DNA from: an uncultured Chloroflexia bacterium
GTDB lineage: Bacteria > Chloroflexota > Anaerolineae > Anaerolineales > Villigracilaceae
DNA length: 64,000 bases
Direction: 5' to 3'
Assembly (NCBI GenBank): GCA_963806575.1
Contig: CAWDYX010000020.1
Span: 14,816 to 78,815, forward strand
Shown: positions 9,700 to 20,426 of the stretch, one piece after another
Layout of the letters: each line of letters starts with the position of its first letter
Position numbering within the stretch: position 1 is the stretch's first letter
Notes under the pieces: generated by a model
Seen by the model: the letters and a program-made list of their open reading frames with translations, nothing else
The model's database searches: none
Told to the model about the DNA's origin: nothing
Position numbers and translations under genes: made by a program

Positions 9700-10090
9700 A
9701 TGGCGCTGATAAAACGGTCTGGGCAATGGCAATATCCTTGCCTGGCAGGAAGCAAGGAAACTGGTAAAGGATATCTACCTTTTCAGCAGAGACGGAAACT
9801 TCTAACCAAAGACATTTCGGATTGCGTGACCAGGAATTCAACGGGCAGCAGTTTCTGTGATGGCAAATATTTCCGAAGGTTTCGATTGCGATTCTCATAT
9901 CGAGTTATTGCACTTTGCTTCCTAGGTATTGCACGCTGATCGGCGGTAGAAGTGCAGTCGCAACATCGTCGCGGTGGTGAAGATACTGGCTAAATCACCG
10001 AGGAGAGTTTCGGAGTTGGATGAAATCCTTGGCTGAAAAAGATCAAAGCTCCCTTATAGGATGTATGGCGATCTCAAAAAAACCCTCAAA
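9700..10090 (+). pseudogene. decayed four-helix-bundle protein gene (23S rRNA intervening-sequence protein family)
   Basis: Family blocks are recognisable: NILAWQEARKLVKDIY, QRAAVSVMANISEGF, FLGIAR-SAVEVQSQ and SELDEILG. They are interrupted by at least five in-frame stops and at least one frame change. The boundaries are approximate. Confidence 0.6.
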
Positions 10091-10146
10091 CCTCGCACGT
10101 GACAACAGGAACACGTGTCACTGTTTCACGTATTCAGGCGGTAAAT

Positions 10147-11971
10147 ATGAAAATCAGCCAACTCTTCGGTCAAACCCTCACGCGAAACACCGGCGGAAGC
10201 GGAAGTCGAAAGTCACAAATTGCTCGTGCGCGCCGGTTTTATCCGACCCCTTGGGGCGGGCATCTTCACTTACCTTCACCTGGCAAATCGTTCGATGCAG
10301 AAAATCGAGGCCATCCTGCGCGACGAGATGGACAGGATCGGCGGGCAGGAGATCAGCATGCCGATTGTCCAGCCGGCGGACCTGTGGAAGGAAACCGGGC
10401 GCTGGTACCAGATCGGCTCCGAGATGGGCAGGTTCAGTGACAGGAACGCCCATGACATGGTCCTGGCCATGACGCACGAGGAGGTGGTGGCCGACCTGGT
10501 GCGCCGGGAAGTGCAGTCCTACAAGCACCTGCCGCGCCTGATCTATCACATCCAGACCAAGTTCCGCGACGAGCCGCGTCCACGTGCCGGGTTGATCCGG
10601 GTGCGTGAATTCACCATGAAGGACAGCTACAGCCTGGATGGCGACTGGGAGGGCCTGGACAAACAATATCGCCTGCATTACCAGGCCTATTTCAACATCT
10701 ACCACCGCTGCGGCTTGGATGTGATCGCGGTCAAGTCGGATACCGGCATGATGGGCGGCAAACTGGCCCACGAATACATGTATCTCAGTCCCATCGGAGA
10801 AGACACGCTCATCCTGTGCGACAAGTGTGGTTACAGCGCCAATCGGCAGGTGGCGCGCTTCCAGAAAGCGCCCGCCGCCCCTGAAGAGTTAAAACCGGTC
10901 GAGAGAGTCCATACTCCTGCCTGCAAATCCATTGAGGAATTGGCGAACTTCCTGGGGGTGCCAAAATCCAAGACTGCCAAGGCGGTGTTCTTTATGGCAG
11001 GAATTTCAAAAAACCCAAAGACATCAGAAGTAAAAGAGGAACCAAAGCAGCAATTTATCTTTGCGGTCATACGCGGAGACATGGAATTGAATGAGACCAA
11101 ACTTGCCAACGCCGTCGGCGCAAGCGAGCTGCGACCGGCTACGGAAGAGGAAATTAAAGCGATCGGCGCAGTGCCCGGGTTCGCTTCACCAGTTGCCCTC
11201 ACCTCCCGCTCCTCTCCCGGTGGGAGGGAGGTTGATGTGAGGGTGGTGCTGGATGACAGCATCCCCGCTTCCCCCAATCTGGTGGCGGGAGCCAACGAGA
11301 CTGACTATCATCTGCTCAACACCAATTTTCCACGCGACTACCAGGCTGACATCGTTGCTGACATTGCCGCGGCCGAGCAGGGTCACGCCTGCCCGGAGTG
11401 TGGAAATCCATTGAGAACGGCGCGCGGCGTGGAAGTGGGCAATATCTTCAAACTCGGCACGCGTTACTCAGACGCTCTCGGTTGTACATTTCTTGACAGG
11501 GACGAGCAGCCAAAACCGGTCATCATGGGTTCCTACGGCATCGGAGTGGGCCGCCTGTTGGCCTGCGTGGCCGAGGAGCACCACGACGAAAACGGCCTGA
11601 TCTGGCCGGTAACGGTGGCCCCGTACCAGGTGCACCTGGTGCTTTTACGTGGAAAGAACACGCCACAGGCTGAAGAGACTGCCAACAAACTCTATGTGGA
11701 GCTGCAAGCCGGGGGTGTGGAAGTGCTTTACGACGACCGGGACGAAAGCCCGGGTGTCAAATTTAACGATTCCGACCTGATCGGACTACCGGTCCGGCTG
11801 ACGGTCAGCGAACGCGCTCTGGCCCAAGGTGGAGTGGAAATGAAACTGCGCAGCGTAACGGAAAAGGTCATCATCCCGCTGGCTGAAACGGCAGTCCGGA
11901 TCCGGGCCGAACTCACCGCCCTGGAAAACGGGATCGCCGCCAGGGTCACTTCGGTGCAGTACAATGGCTAA
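10147..11971 (+). CDS. proS: prolyl-tRNA synthetase, bacterial type with INS editing domain; frame broken at codon 12
   Basis: ATG 10147 gives MKISQLFGQTL. The main ORF (track 10220..11971) is open from 10151 and reads RETPAEAEVESHKLLVRAGFIR... Skipping the single A at 10180 gives a canonical bacterial ProRS N-terminus. Confidence 0.9.
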
Positions 11972-11995
11972 ATATTGATATCTTTAAGCTGATCC

Positions 11996-12814
11996 ATGCC
12001 CGCGATTGACCTTGCCAGACTCAAAACCCAGGCTGCCCGACTCGCCGATAAATTCGCTGAACCGGAAGCCTTCCTGCGCGATTTGAACGAAATGCTGGAT
12101 TTTTACACCAACCGCACCATCCGCACAACACAGGTTGTCCAGCGATTATCCGCACCTACCTACAATACCCCGCGTCCGGTGCTCCGGCAGATCGAAAGCG
12201 AACTGGACACGCTCGCAGAAAAAGCCCCACGTGAGGCCGTTGTTCTGGTCAAGGTGCTTTGGAAGGCCGATTCGCTCGAAGCCCGTCTGTTGGCCGCCTA
12301 CCTGCTGGGTAGAATTCCGCCAGACCAGGCCATGCCCGTCCTGCCACTCCTGCCGGATTGGCTCAACCAGTCCACAGACAAAGAAATTCGCACGGCACTC
12401 CTGACCAATGCACTGAAACGTTTGCGCCAGGAAGAACCAGAGTCGTTCTTTAGCATACTGGAGGGCTGGCTTGGAAGCCCGCAACCGGCGCAGCAAGTGT
12501 GGGGCTTCCAGGCGCTTATTCCGTTGCTGCAGGATCCGCATTTCCAAAACCTGCCGGCTGTATTCCGCATCCTGCGCCCGGCCATCAAAGCGTTAAGTCC
12601 GGCGACACAATTGGATTTCACGGCCTGCCTGGCCGCCCTGGAACAGCATGCCCTGATTGAAACGGTGGCATTCCTGCGTGAGATCATCCACGCTAGTCCC
12701 AAACCGATGATGCTGCGCATATTACGCCGCATCCTGCCGGGACTAACACAAGAGCTGCAAGAATCTCTGCGGGAGAGCTTGCGCGAACTAACCAATCCGG
12801 CCTCCAGACCCTGA
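11996..12814 (+). CDS. hypothetical all-helical (HEAT/ARM-like) protein
   Basis: Long ORF with coding-like composition and a repetitive helical character. No diagnostic motif recognised. Confidence 0.5.
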   Translation: MPAIDLARLKTQAARLADKFAEPEAFLRDLNEMLDFYTNRTIRTTQVVQRLSAPTYNTPRPVLRQIESELDTLAEKAPREAVVLVKVLWKADSLEARLLAAYLLGRIPPDQAMPVLPLLPDWLNQSTDKEIRTALLTNALKRLRQEEPESFFSILEGWLGSPQPAQQVWGFQALIPLLQDPHFQNLPAVFRILRPAIKALSPATQLDFTACLAALEQHALIETVAFLREIIHASPKPMMLRILRRILPGLTQELQESLRESLRELTNPASRP

Positions 12815-12818
12815 AGTT

Positions 12819-13709
12819 ATGAGAATCCATCAAAACCACTGCGCGTTGATCTTTATGATTATCCTGGTCAGTTGCGCGGGTTTTCCTTCCATGACCCCGA
12901 CGGTCGTTCCTCTCAATCCGATCTCACAGACTCTCCTGCCCACTCCAACCGCTACGCCAACACCGACTCTGCTCCCCACTCCAACGGGAACACCAACAGC
13001 CCCTCCCACAACCACTGAAAGGCCACTCACCCTGGCTTTCTATGGGGATAGTGTCCTAAAGGTAGGTGACGTCAGCCGGCAGGGCGAAGTTGGTTTCTCG
13101 ATCGTAGATATCCTGCGCGCCGATCTCAACCCTGCCGATCAAATCATCACTTCGAACCATGGCGGGCGTAAGGCACAATGGGGATATGAAAACCTGGATA
13201 AGAATATTCTGATCTACAACCCCGACATTGTCACACTCTGGTGGGGTTTGAATGATCTGGGCGGCTGCCCGGGTATTTTCGACCGGGATACCAATAAGCT
13301 TCTATCATACAAACTGGATGCAATGCTGAACTTGCATCTGAAGTACATGAAGCTGCAGATCGATGCTCTACTTGGAAGAAATATACCAGTCATCGTCCTC
13401 ACACCCATGCCCATCCTCGGAACGCTCCCCTGGAGTCATTTCGACCTGGATAATGTACTTGTCTGGGAGAATGACTACCGCTGCGATTACAATACCGGCC
13501 TGGAGCAGTTGGTGAAAGCCCAGCGCAAACTGGTGGACGACTATGCGGCTGAGCAGGAGCCGGTTTTCCTTGTGGACGCCTGGCAGATCTACAAGGATCA
13601 TCCAAATACTGATAATATGTACATGGATATCGTCCATCCTGGCAGCTATGGAGCAAAATTGATTGCCGAGGGCTGGCTGCAGGTTTTTCAGGAATTCAAA
13701 TGGCCTTAG
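12819..13709 (+). CDS. SGNH/GDSL-family hydrolase, lipoprotein with Pro/Thr linker
   Basis: Lipobox LVSCAG, a PTPTATPTPT linker, block I FYGDS, block III WWGLNDL and block V DIVHPG. Confidence 0.75.
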   Translation: MRIHQNHCALIFMIILVSCAGFPSMTPTVVPLNPISQTLLPTPTATPTPTLLPTPTGTPTAPPTTTERPLTLAFYGDSVLKVGDVSRQGEVGFSIVDILRADLNPADQIITSNHGGRKAQWGYENLDKNILIYNPDIVTLWWGLNDLGGCPGIFDRDTNKLLSYKLDAMLNLHLKYMKLQIDALLGRNIPVIVLTPMPILGTLPWSHFDLDNVLVWENDYRCDYNTGLEQLVKAQRKLVDDYAAEQEPVFLVDAWQIYKDHPNTDNMYMDIVHPGSYGAKLIAEGWLQVFQEFKWP

Positions 13710-13743
13710 CGGAAATGGTTTTATCCCGGAACAGGTAAAGGAA

Positions 13744-14421
13744 ATGAACCCGGTCCTTAAACGTATTCTTCAGTTGCTGGCTTTGACGATCCTGCAAGCC
13801 GCCGTTCTGTGCCTGAGCGCGTGGAGTCTAACTTGGCTGGAGGGCTGGCTGTATGTGGAGATCTACCTGTTCCTGCTTGCAGCCGCTTCGCTCGTCATGC
13901 TACCCGGGCGAGTGGAGGTGGTGGCTGAACGCAGTAAAGGAGGAGAAGGAGGCAAACCCTGGGACCTGCTCCTGACCCGCCTGATCGCTATCCCCAGCCT
14001 CGGGATGCTGGTCGTGGCCGGATTGGGGCACCACTTCGGGTGGAAGCCCGAGGCTGGTTTGGTTGCACAGGTATTGGGCGTGGTGTTGTATATTCTGGGC
14101 TATATGCTGGTCATCTGGGCCATGTACACGAACAAGTTCTTCTCATCGGTTGTACGCATTCAAAAGGAGCGCGGCCACCAGGCCATCACGGATGGGCCAT
14201 ACCGCCTGATCCGCCATCCGGGCTATGCCGGCATGATGATTTCGGCACTGGGCTCCATACTGCTGCTCAAGTCGGTCTGGGCGCTCATCGCTTGGGCCTT
14301 GTATGTTGCAATGGTTGTCACCCGCACTGCCCTGGAAGATAAAACCCTGCAAGCTGAACTGGATGGCTACCAGAAATTCACCGCCCATACCCGCTACCGT
14401 CTGATCCCGGGAATATGGTAA
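13744..14421 (+). CDS. isoprenylcysteine carboxyl methyltransferase (ICMT) family membrane methyltransferase
   Basis: Several TM helices and ITDGPYRLIRHPGYAGMMISALG. I moved the start to ATG 13744, downstream of the SGNH gene. Confidence 0.7.
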   Translation: MNPVLKRILQLLALTILQAAVLCLSAWSLTWLEGWLYVEIYLFLLAAASLVMLPGRVEVVAERSKGGEGGKPWDLLLTRLIAIPSLGMLVVAGLGHHFGWKPEAGLVAQVLGVVLYILGYMLVIWAMYTNKFFSSVVRIQKERGHQAITDGPYRLIRHPGYAGMMISALGSILLLKSVWALIAWALYVAMVVTRTALEDKTLQAELDGYQKFTAHTRYRLIPGIW

Positions 14422-15416
14422 CCAACGCCGAACGCATGCATGCCTGCCTGTCAGGCAACCTGATCGACCACCCGCCGGTGGCGCTCTGGCGGCACTTCCC
14501 GATGGACGACCAGGACCCCGGTACACTGGCAGCCGCCACGTTGGACTTCCAGCAGCATTACGATTTCGACCTGGTTAAAGTCACCCCGGCTTCTTCGTTT
14601 TGCATCAAGGACTGGGGGGCGGAAGACGTCTGGGAAGGTTCCACCGAAGGGACGCGCCGCTACACCAAACGCATCATCCAGAAGCCACAGGATTGGGAAA
14701 GCCTGGAAGTGCTTGACCCGGCCAAGGCTCTGCATCTTTCCGGACAGATAAGCTGTCTCAGGCAGATCCGTTCGTCCCTGGGCACGGAGGTACCACTGCT
14801 CCAGACGGTCTTCAACCCGCTCTCCCAGGCCAAAAACCTGGCCGGAGGTGACCTGTTGATCGCCCATCTGCGACTGTATCCGGAAGCTGTATTGAAGGGG
14901 TTGCAGACCCTCGCAGAGACAACACGTCTCTTTGTGGAAGCGGCTGTGGGGACAGGTATCGACGGCATTTTCTACGCCGTCCAGCATGCCCAGGCTGAAC
15001 TGTTAACGCTGGACGAATACAAGGCCTTTGGTCTGCCGTTCGATCTGAAAACCACGGAGCCTGCCTCTGGTCTGTGGTGTAACCTGCTTCATCTCCATGG
15101 CCTCAATATCTATTTCGACCTGATTACCGAATCCCTGTTCCCTGATCACCTGTTTTCCATCGTCAACTGGCACGACCGTGAGACGCCCCCGTCGCTGGAG
15201 CAGGCACAGAAACGCTTCCCGGGTGTCGTTTGTGGCGGCGTGAGCCAGAAGACCATCGTATTCGGAGATGCTACCCAGGTACGGCAGGAAGCGGCTGATG
15301 CCATCCGTCAAACTGGTGGACGCCGGTTGCTGCTCGGCACCGGCTGCGTGGTCCCGGTCATCGCCCCGCATGGAAATATCCTGGCAGCCCGGCGGAGTGC
15401 GGAGGCTTCCCAATGA
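14415..15416 (+). CDS. uroporphyrinogen decarboxylase (URO-D) family protein
   Basis: Length and overall sequence resemble URO-D / MtaA-like TIM-barrel proteins. This is a family-level call only. Confidence 0.55.
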   Translation: MVTNAERMHACLSGNLIDHPPVALWRHFPMDDQDPGTLAAATLDFQQHYDFDLVKVTPASSFCIKDWGAEDVWEGSTEGTRRYTKRIIQKPQDWESLEVLDPAKALHLSGQISCLRQIRSSLGTEVPLLQTVFNPLSQAKNLAGGDLLIAHLRLYPEAVLKGLQTLAETTRLFVEAAVGTGIDGIFYAVQHAQAELLTLDEYKAFGLPFDLKTTEPASGLWCNLLHLHGLNIYFDLITESLFPDHLFSIVNWHDRETPPSLEQAQKRFPGVVCGGVSQKTIVFGDATQVRQEAADAIRQTGGRRLLLGTGCVVPVIAPHGNILAARRSAEASQ

Positions 15417-15970
15417 GCCTGCGCGTCATTTCTGGGAAGGCCAAAGGCCGAAAACTGAAGGACGTCCCCGGTGACACCACCCGCCCGGTGACAGATATGG
15501 TCAAGGAAGCCCTGTTTAATATCCTGGCAGGGGACGTACTAAACTCCACCTGGTGGGACCTGTTCGCTGGGACCGGTGCTATCGGCATCGAAGCCCTCAG
15601 CCGGGGAGCGGCGTTCGTGCGTTTCTCCGACCTGAACCGGGCGCCGATCGAGACCATCCAGGCCAACCTGGAGATCACCGGATTCAGCGCCCAAGCCGAG
15701 GTCAGGCGCGGCGACGCCTTCAAGATGCTGGAAGCCTCCCCCACCCGGCCCTTCGACTACGTCTATATCGCTCCGCCGCAATACAAGGAGATGGCTTCGA
15801 AAGCCGTCCTGATCTTGGATGGCAACCCCGGCTGGTTGAATGATGAAGGCGCCTGGGTGATCGTACAAATCCACCCGCGCGAGTATCGCAAGCTGGAATT
15901 AAAAGCTCTGGAAGAGTTCGAACAGCGCAAGTACGGCAGCACCCTGTTGGTCTTCTACGAGAAGAAATAA
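15413..15970 (+). CDS. rsmD: 16S rRNA (guanine966-N2)-methyltransferase
   Basis: LRVISGKAKGRKLK..PGDTTRPVTDMVKEALFNIL...DLFAGTGAIGIEALSRGA...YIAPPQY. Confidence 0.85.
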   Translation: MSLRVISGKAKGRKLKDVPGDTTRPVTDMVKEALFNILAGDVLNSTWWDLFAGTGAIGIEALSRGAAFVRFSDLNRAPIETIQANLEITGFSAQAEVRRGDAFKMLEASPTRPFDYVYIAPPQYKEMASKAVLILDGNPGWLNDEGAWVIVQIHPREYRKLELKALEEFEQRKYGSTLLVFYEKK

Positions 15971-15993
15971 GGAGCATTTCTGCGGAGGTACCC

Positions 15994-16482
15994 ATGAACC
16001 TGAAAACTGTAAACATTGAAAAACCCGAAGAAGTCAACTTCATCCTCGGGCAGTCCCATTTCATAAAATCGGTCGAGGATATCCACGAAGTTCTCGTCAG
16101 TACCGTGCCGGGGATCAAGTTTGGCCTGGCGTTTTGCGAAGCCTCCGGCAAATGTCTGGTACGCTGGTCGGGGACGGATGAGGCGATGATCGGCCTGGCC
16201 AGGAAGAATGCCCTGGCCATCGGGGCCGGGCACTCTTTCATCATTTTCCTGGCAGATGGGTATTACCCGGTCAATGTGCTGAACGCGGTCAAGAACGTTG
16301 CGGAGGTCTGCCAGATCTTTTGCGCGACCGCCAACCCGACCGAGGTCCTGGTCGCAGAGACCGACTTGGGACGCGGCATCCTGGGTGTGGTGGATGGCTC
16401 AATGCCGAACGGCATCGAAGACGAGGCTGATATTGCCTGGCGGAAAAGTTTCCTGCGGAAGATCGGCTACAAGATCGGATAA
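15994..16482 (+). CDS. adenosine-specific kinase family protein
   Basis: About 160 aa resembling the archaeal/bacterial 'adenosine specific kinase' family (FILGQSHFIKSVEDIHE..., ATANPTEVLVAE). Recalled from memory. Confidence 0.55.
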   Translation: MNLKTVNIEKPEEVNFILGQSHFIKSVEDIHEVLVSTVPGIKFGLAFCEASGKCLVRWSGTDEAMIGLARKNALAIGAGHSFIIFLADGYYPVNVLNAVKNVAEVCQIFCATANPTEVLVAETDLGRGILGVVDGSMPNGIEDEADIAWRKSFLRKIGYKIG

Positions 16483-16585
16483 CCCACTGACTACTCCTGG
16501 GAAGAACTCGATCCTGTACTGGCGTTCACACCGCAGGTGATCGAACAGCGTACAGGCCGGCGCCACGACCATTTAATCAAGAAAA

Positions 16586-16619
16586 GACCCGATGTCGTTT
16601 GACGTCGGGTCTTTTTTTT
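16586..16619. terminator. bidirectional intrinsic terminator
   Basis: GACCCGATGTC / GACGTCGGGTC stem flanked by an A-run and T8. It lies between convergent genes. Confidence 0.8.
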
Positions 16620-17118
16620 AGCTGGCGAATTTAACGATCAATTTTCCCCTCTCATCATAATATGAGCGGGCCGAGAACGGTGGGCTGCCAGGCTTCATTT
16701 TCCGGATGTGATCCAGGAGTACCGGCAAATCCTCGACTATGTCCAGCCGTGATACCTCTGAAAAAGGAACCCACTCCAGCGTCCCTTCGGCAGACGGTCG
16801 CGCCTGTCCTTCCGTGTACTCACCGGTAAAGAGATAAATTCCGACGCCGGGATTTTCACCCGTGTCGACCGCCACCGTCCCGCACAGCCATAGATCAACC
16901 GTCAGTCCAGTTTCTTCCAGCAATTCGCGCCGTGCCGCAGATAGGACGTCTTCACCGGGCTCGACATGCCCTCCAATGCCATTATATATTTCCGACCACA
17001 GGTGTTTGGTGGGTGCACCCTTGAGCAATAAGACGGATGTCCACCGCGTGATGAAGATCAACACACGCGGAATGAGCATATAACGGTCACGCGAGACGCT
17101 CTGGTCAGAGGCAGGCAT
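16618..17118 (-). CDS. NUDIX hydrolase
   Basis: Nudix box GIGGHVEPGEDVLSAARRELLEETGL. I placed the start at ATG 17118; the ORF track starts at 17184. Confidence 0.8.
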   Translation of the reverse strand: MPASDQSVSRDRYMLIPRVLIFITRWTSVLLLKGAPTKHLWSEIYNGIGGHVEPGEDVLSAARRELLEETGLTVDLWLCGTVAVDTGENPGVGIYLFTGEYTEGQARPSAEGTLEWVPFSEVSRLDIVEDLPVLLDHIRKMKPGSPPFSARSYYDERGKLIVKFAS

Positions 17119-17186
17119 GATTATCAAATGGTCTGGGGCACGGCGCTCGCCTTGATCTTGTCGAAGGGTCGCCTGCCTCAACATGA

Positions 17187-18134
17187 TTACTTAACCAGTT
17201 TGCGCACTTCTTCGAGTTGCCCGGCGCTGCCCAATTTTTCGTTCTTGTGGGCGATGAACTTGGCATACTCGGCCATGAAGATCTTGCCGGGGTCACGCAG
17301 GTCGAATTTCTCGGGGAAATCGCGGAAGAACTCGCGATGGACTCGCGTCCACACCAGGCGTCCATCCGTGTCGATGTTGACCTTGGTCACACCGAGCTTG
17401 GCGGCGCGCTTGAACTCATCTTCGTTGACGCCCTTGGCGCCCTTCAGGTTGCCGCCGGCGGCATTGATGCGGGCCACTTCCTCCTGCGGGACGGAGCTGG
17501 AACCGTGCATGACCAGCGGGAAGCCTGGCAGGCGCTTCTGGATTTGTTCCAGTACCTCGAAGTGCAGTCCCTGCGAACCGGAGAATTTGAAAGCCCCGTG
17601 GCTGGTGCCGATGGCGCAGGCCAGTAAATCACAGCCAGACCTTTCGACAAATTCCTTGGCCTGGTCTGGGTCAGTCAGTTTGGCGTTGGCCTCAGCCACT
17701 TTGACATGTTCCTCGACGCCACCCAACTGGCCAAGTTCGGCCTCCACCACGATCCCTTTGGCATGCGCGGCGTCCACGACGCGCCGGGTGCTGGCAACAT
17801 TTTCCTCGAACGGTTCGCTGCTGGCGTCGATCATGACCGAAGAATAAAAACCGCTCTGGATGCAGTCGTAGCAGGTGGCCTCATCGCCGTGGTCCAGATG
17901 GACTGCGAAAATGGCTTCCGGGAAGACTTCGTCGGCGGCACGGATCAGGCCTTCGAGCATGGTCTTGTGCGTAAAGGAACGTGCGCCTTTGCTGATCTGG
18001 ATAATGAAAGGCGCCTGGCTATCCATATTGCCACGAAACAAGCCCATGGTCTGTTCCAGGTTATTGATATTGTAGGCACCGATGGCATACTTGCCATACG
18101 CGGCTGCAAACAGTTGCTTGGTGGTGACGATCAT
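17187..18134 (-). CDS. fba: class II fructose-1,6-bisphosphate aldolase
   Basis: YAIGAYNINNLEQ, VHLDHGDE, VMIDAS and GTSHGAFKF motifs. Confidence 0.9.
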   Translation of the reverse strand: MIVTTKQLFAAAYGKYAIGAYNINNLEQTMGLFRGNMDSQAPFIIQISKGARSFTHKTMLEGLIRAADEVFPEAIFAVHLDHGDEATCYDCIQSGFYSSVMIDASSEPFEENVASTRRVVDAAHAKGIVVEAELGQLGGVEEHVKVAEANAKLTDPDQAKEFVERSGCDLLACAIGTSHGAFKFSGSQGLHFEVLEQIQKRLPGFPLVMHGSSSVPQEEVARINAAGGNLKGAKGVNEDEFKRAAKLGVTKVNIDTDGRLVWTRVHREFFRDFPEKFDLRDPGKIFMAEYAKFIAHKNEKLGSAGQLEEVRKLVK

Positions 18135-18402
18135 TTCTCTCTCCTTGATATTGAATTTATGATTTCAGTCCCTGGGGGTACCGCTTCCCATTATACCAAG
18201 TCCACCAGGCACATTACAACTTTCTCATCCAACCTGCGTATTTCTATGTGAAGGAAGGATGGTTCTCTGTGGATGGTCGGTTCAAGGTTGAAATTTCCGC
18301 AATAACCCGGCGATTCCCATTGAGCCGGACAGACAATCTGTTGCAAATGGCAGTATAATCTCAGCAGTAGCTCAACTGCCATCATTTCTCCAAGGAGGAA
18401 CC

Positions 18403-18930
18403 ATGAGTGACCTTTATGAAACCGTCAAAGGCGGCCAGGACATCTTCAAGAAACTCCTGTCCTACGTACCCGGCTTTAGCGGTTACGTCGAACGGACGAA
18501 CCGGCGCGCAGCCGACAAGCTTCTGCGCGACCAGGTGGCGTTGAAGTACAGCGAGCTGGTTTCCCGCACAAGCCGCATGCAGAAGGACATCGCCGACGCC
18601 GGTCAGCTTGATTTCCTCGACGATGTTGACTCGATAGGCCGGAAACTGCGCACTTTCACTGACCGCATCAAGAATGCCTCCTACGGTTATTCCGGATTCT
18701 TCGATGCCGTCAAGATCAACGAGAAGGAACTGGCCCAGATCTACACCTTCGATGCGGCCTTCTTCGATCTGGCCAACCAGATTTCCAACGGGTTGGACAA
18801 TGTGGAAGCCGGCATCGGAGGCGAGGGCCTGAAGTCTGCCATCCGCGCCGTCGATGATCTGGCCCGCCAGGTTGGCGAAACGTACGACCACCGATACCAG
18901 GTCATTACGGGCAGCGGCCAACAGCAGTAA
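18403..18930 (+). CDS. hypothetical cytoplasmic protein
   Basis: AGGAGG lies 6 nt upstream of the ATG and TATAAT is at about 18354. Composition is coding-like and preferred over the antisense ORF 18382..18960. Confidence 0.5.
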   Translation: MSDLYETVKGGQDIFKKLLSYVPGFSGYVERTNRRAADKLLRDQVALKYSELVSRTSRMQKDIADAGQLDFLDDVDSIGRKLRTFTDRIKNASYGYSGFFDAVKINEKELAQIYTFDAAFFDLANQISNGLDNVEAGIGGEGLKSAIRAVDDLARQVGETYDHRYQVITGSGQQQ

Positions 18931-18996
18931 TAGAACTTTCATTATAGTAAAGTAGCGCAATTGGCATCTTGCGCTACTTTGTGGTTTAATAACAGC

Positions 18997-20397
18997 ATGT
19001 GGAACGAGTATTTCATCCCTGCAACCCTCGATGAAACCCTGCGGTTGCTGGCTGAGAGAGGCGAAAAAGCCCGCCTGGTGGCCGGTGCAACCGACTTAAT
19101 GCTCGAACTCGAGCGTGGCGTCCGCAAAGGCATTGAAACGGTCATAGATGTGACCCGCCTTCCGGATCTGGACCGGATCAGCCTTGACGAAAACCAAATC
19201 ATCCATCTCGGCCCGCTGGTGACTCACAACAGCGTGGCAGCCTCCAAGCTGCTGCGCCAGCGCGCCTTTCCACTTGTCAGCGCGGCCTGGCAGGTTGGCG
19301 CACCGCAGATCCGTAACCGGGCCACCGTGGCAGGGAACCTTGTCACTGCCAGCCCGGCCAACGACACCATCCCCCCACTGATGGCACTGGGAGCCTGGCT
19401 ATTCCTGGCTTCGACCAGGGGCACACGGCGTGTGCCCCTGCAGGATTTTTATACCGGCGTGCGCAGGACAGTGCTGCAGCCGGATGAAATGCTGGTGGAT
19501 ATCGCTTTCCCGGCGTTACAGAAAAGCCAACGCGGGACGTTCCTGAAATTGGGACTGCGGCGCGCCCAGGCCATCTCGCTGGTCAATACAGCGATCATCC
19601 TGGACCTCCAACTGGATGGCGTCAAATCCGCGGTCATCACGCTGGGAGCTGTCGCGCCGACCATCATACACGCACCGGAAGCTGAGGCCTATCTGGCCGG
19701 CAAGCAACTGACTGACGAAGTCATTGATCAGACTGCCGAACTGGCCTGCGCGGCCTCCCGCCCGATTGACGATATCCGCGGCTCGGCGGCTTATCGCAAG
19801 GCAATGGTGAACGTCCTGGTGAAGCGCGGGCTGCGTTCCCTGCGGGACGGGCAGGAGCAGACCCAGGTCCCGGAAGATCCGGTGCTGTTGTGGGGAGAGC
19901 TCCCGGCAGCGGGCAATCCACGCTCGGTCAGATATCCGGGTTCCATCCATACGACCATCAACGGCAAGGAATACACCTTCACCAGTGGACATGAGAAGTC
20001 CCTGCTGCGGCTGTTGCGCGAAGAAGCCGAATTGACCGGCACGAAGGAAGGTTGCGCCGAGGGCGAGTGTGGCGCCTGCACGGTGTTCCTGGATGGCAAG
20101 GCAGTCATGGCCTGCCTCGTCCCTGCGCCGCGCGCGGACGGAGCGGAAATCATCACGGTGGAAGGGCTTTCAACCAGGGATGAATTGCACCCTGTCCAGA
20201 GTGCGTTTGTTGAGGATGGCGCAGTGCAGTGTGGATATTGCACTCCGGGATTTATCATGTCGGCCGCAAAGCTGCTCGAAGAACGCCCGCAGCCTGGGCG
20301 TGAGGAGATAATGCAATCGATCACCGGAAACCTGTGCCGGTGCACGGGTTATTACAAAATCGTCCAGGCTATTGAAGATGCCTCCAAACGATATTGA
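18997..20397 (+). CDS. xanthine dehydrogenase family: FAD-binding subunit fused to the [2Fe-2S] subunit
   Basis: The N-terminal half is CoxM/XdhB-like ([13 protein letters not shown]...). The C-terminal part has both cluster motifs ([11 protein letters not shown] and CGYCTPG...CRCTGY). I placed the start at ATG 18997. Confidence 0.85.
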   Translation: MWNEYFIPATLDETLRLLAERGEKARLVAGATDLMLELERGVRKGIETVIDVTRLPDLDRISLDENQIIHLGPLVTHNSVAASKLLRQRAFPLVSAAWQVGAPQIRNRATVAGNLVTASPANDTIPPLMALGAWLFLASTRGTRRVPLQDFYTGVRRTVLQPDEMLVDIAFPALQKSQRGTFLKLGLRRAQAISLVNTAIILDLQLDGVKSAVITLGAVAPTIIHAPEAEAYLAGKQLTDEVIDQTAELACAASRPIDDIRGSAAYRKAMVNVLVKRGLRSLRDGQEQTQVPEDPVLLWGELPAAGNPRSVRYPGSIHTTINGKEYTFTSGHEKSLLRLLREEAELTGTKEGCAEGECGACTVFLDGKAVMACLVPAPRADGAEIITVEGLSTRDELHPVQSAFVEDGAVQCGYCTPGFIMSAAKLLEERPQPGREEIMQSITGNLCRCTGYYKIVQAIEDASKRY

Positions 20398-20426
20398 TAA
20401 ACGAGATCCGCCCAAGAGGTGAAGAT

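Noticed and set aside
9667-10146. T-box leader upstream of the bacterial-type proS
   Set aside because: I looked for the conserved T-box sequence (GGTGGTACCGCG-like) and a specifier-loop architecture and saw none. The interval is better explained by the decayed four-helix-bundle gene.
18382-18960. 192-aa ORF on the minus strand overlapping ORF 18403..18930
   Set aside because: The plus-strand ORF has an AGGAGG SD and a TATAAT promoter, and a more protein-like composition. Neither ORF has a recognised family, so confidence stays moderate.
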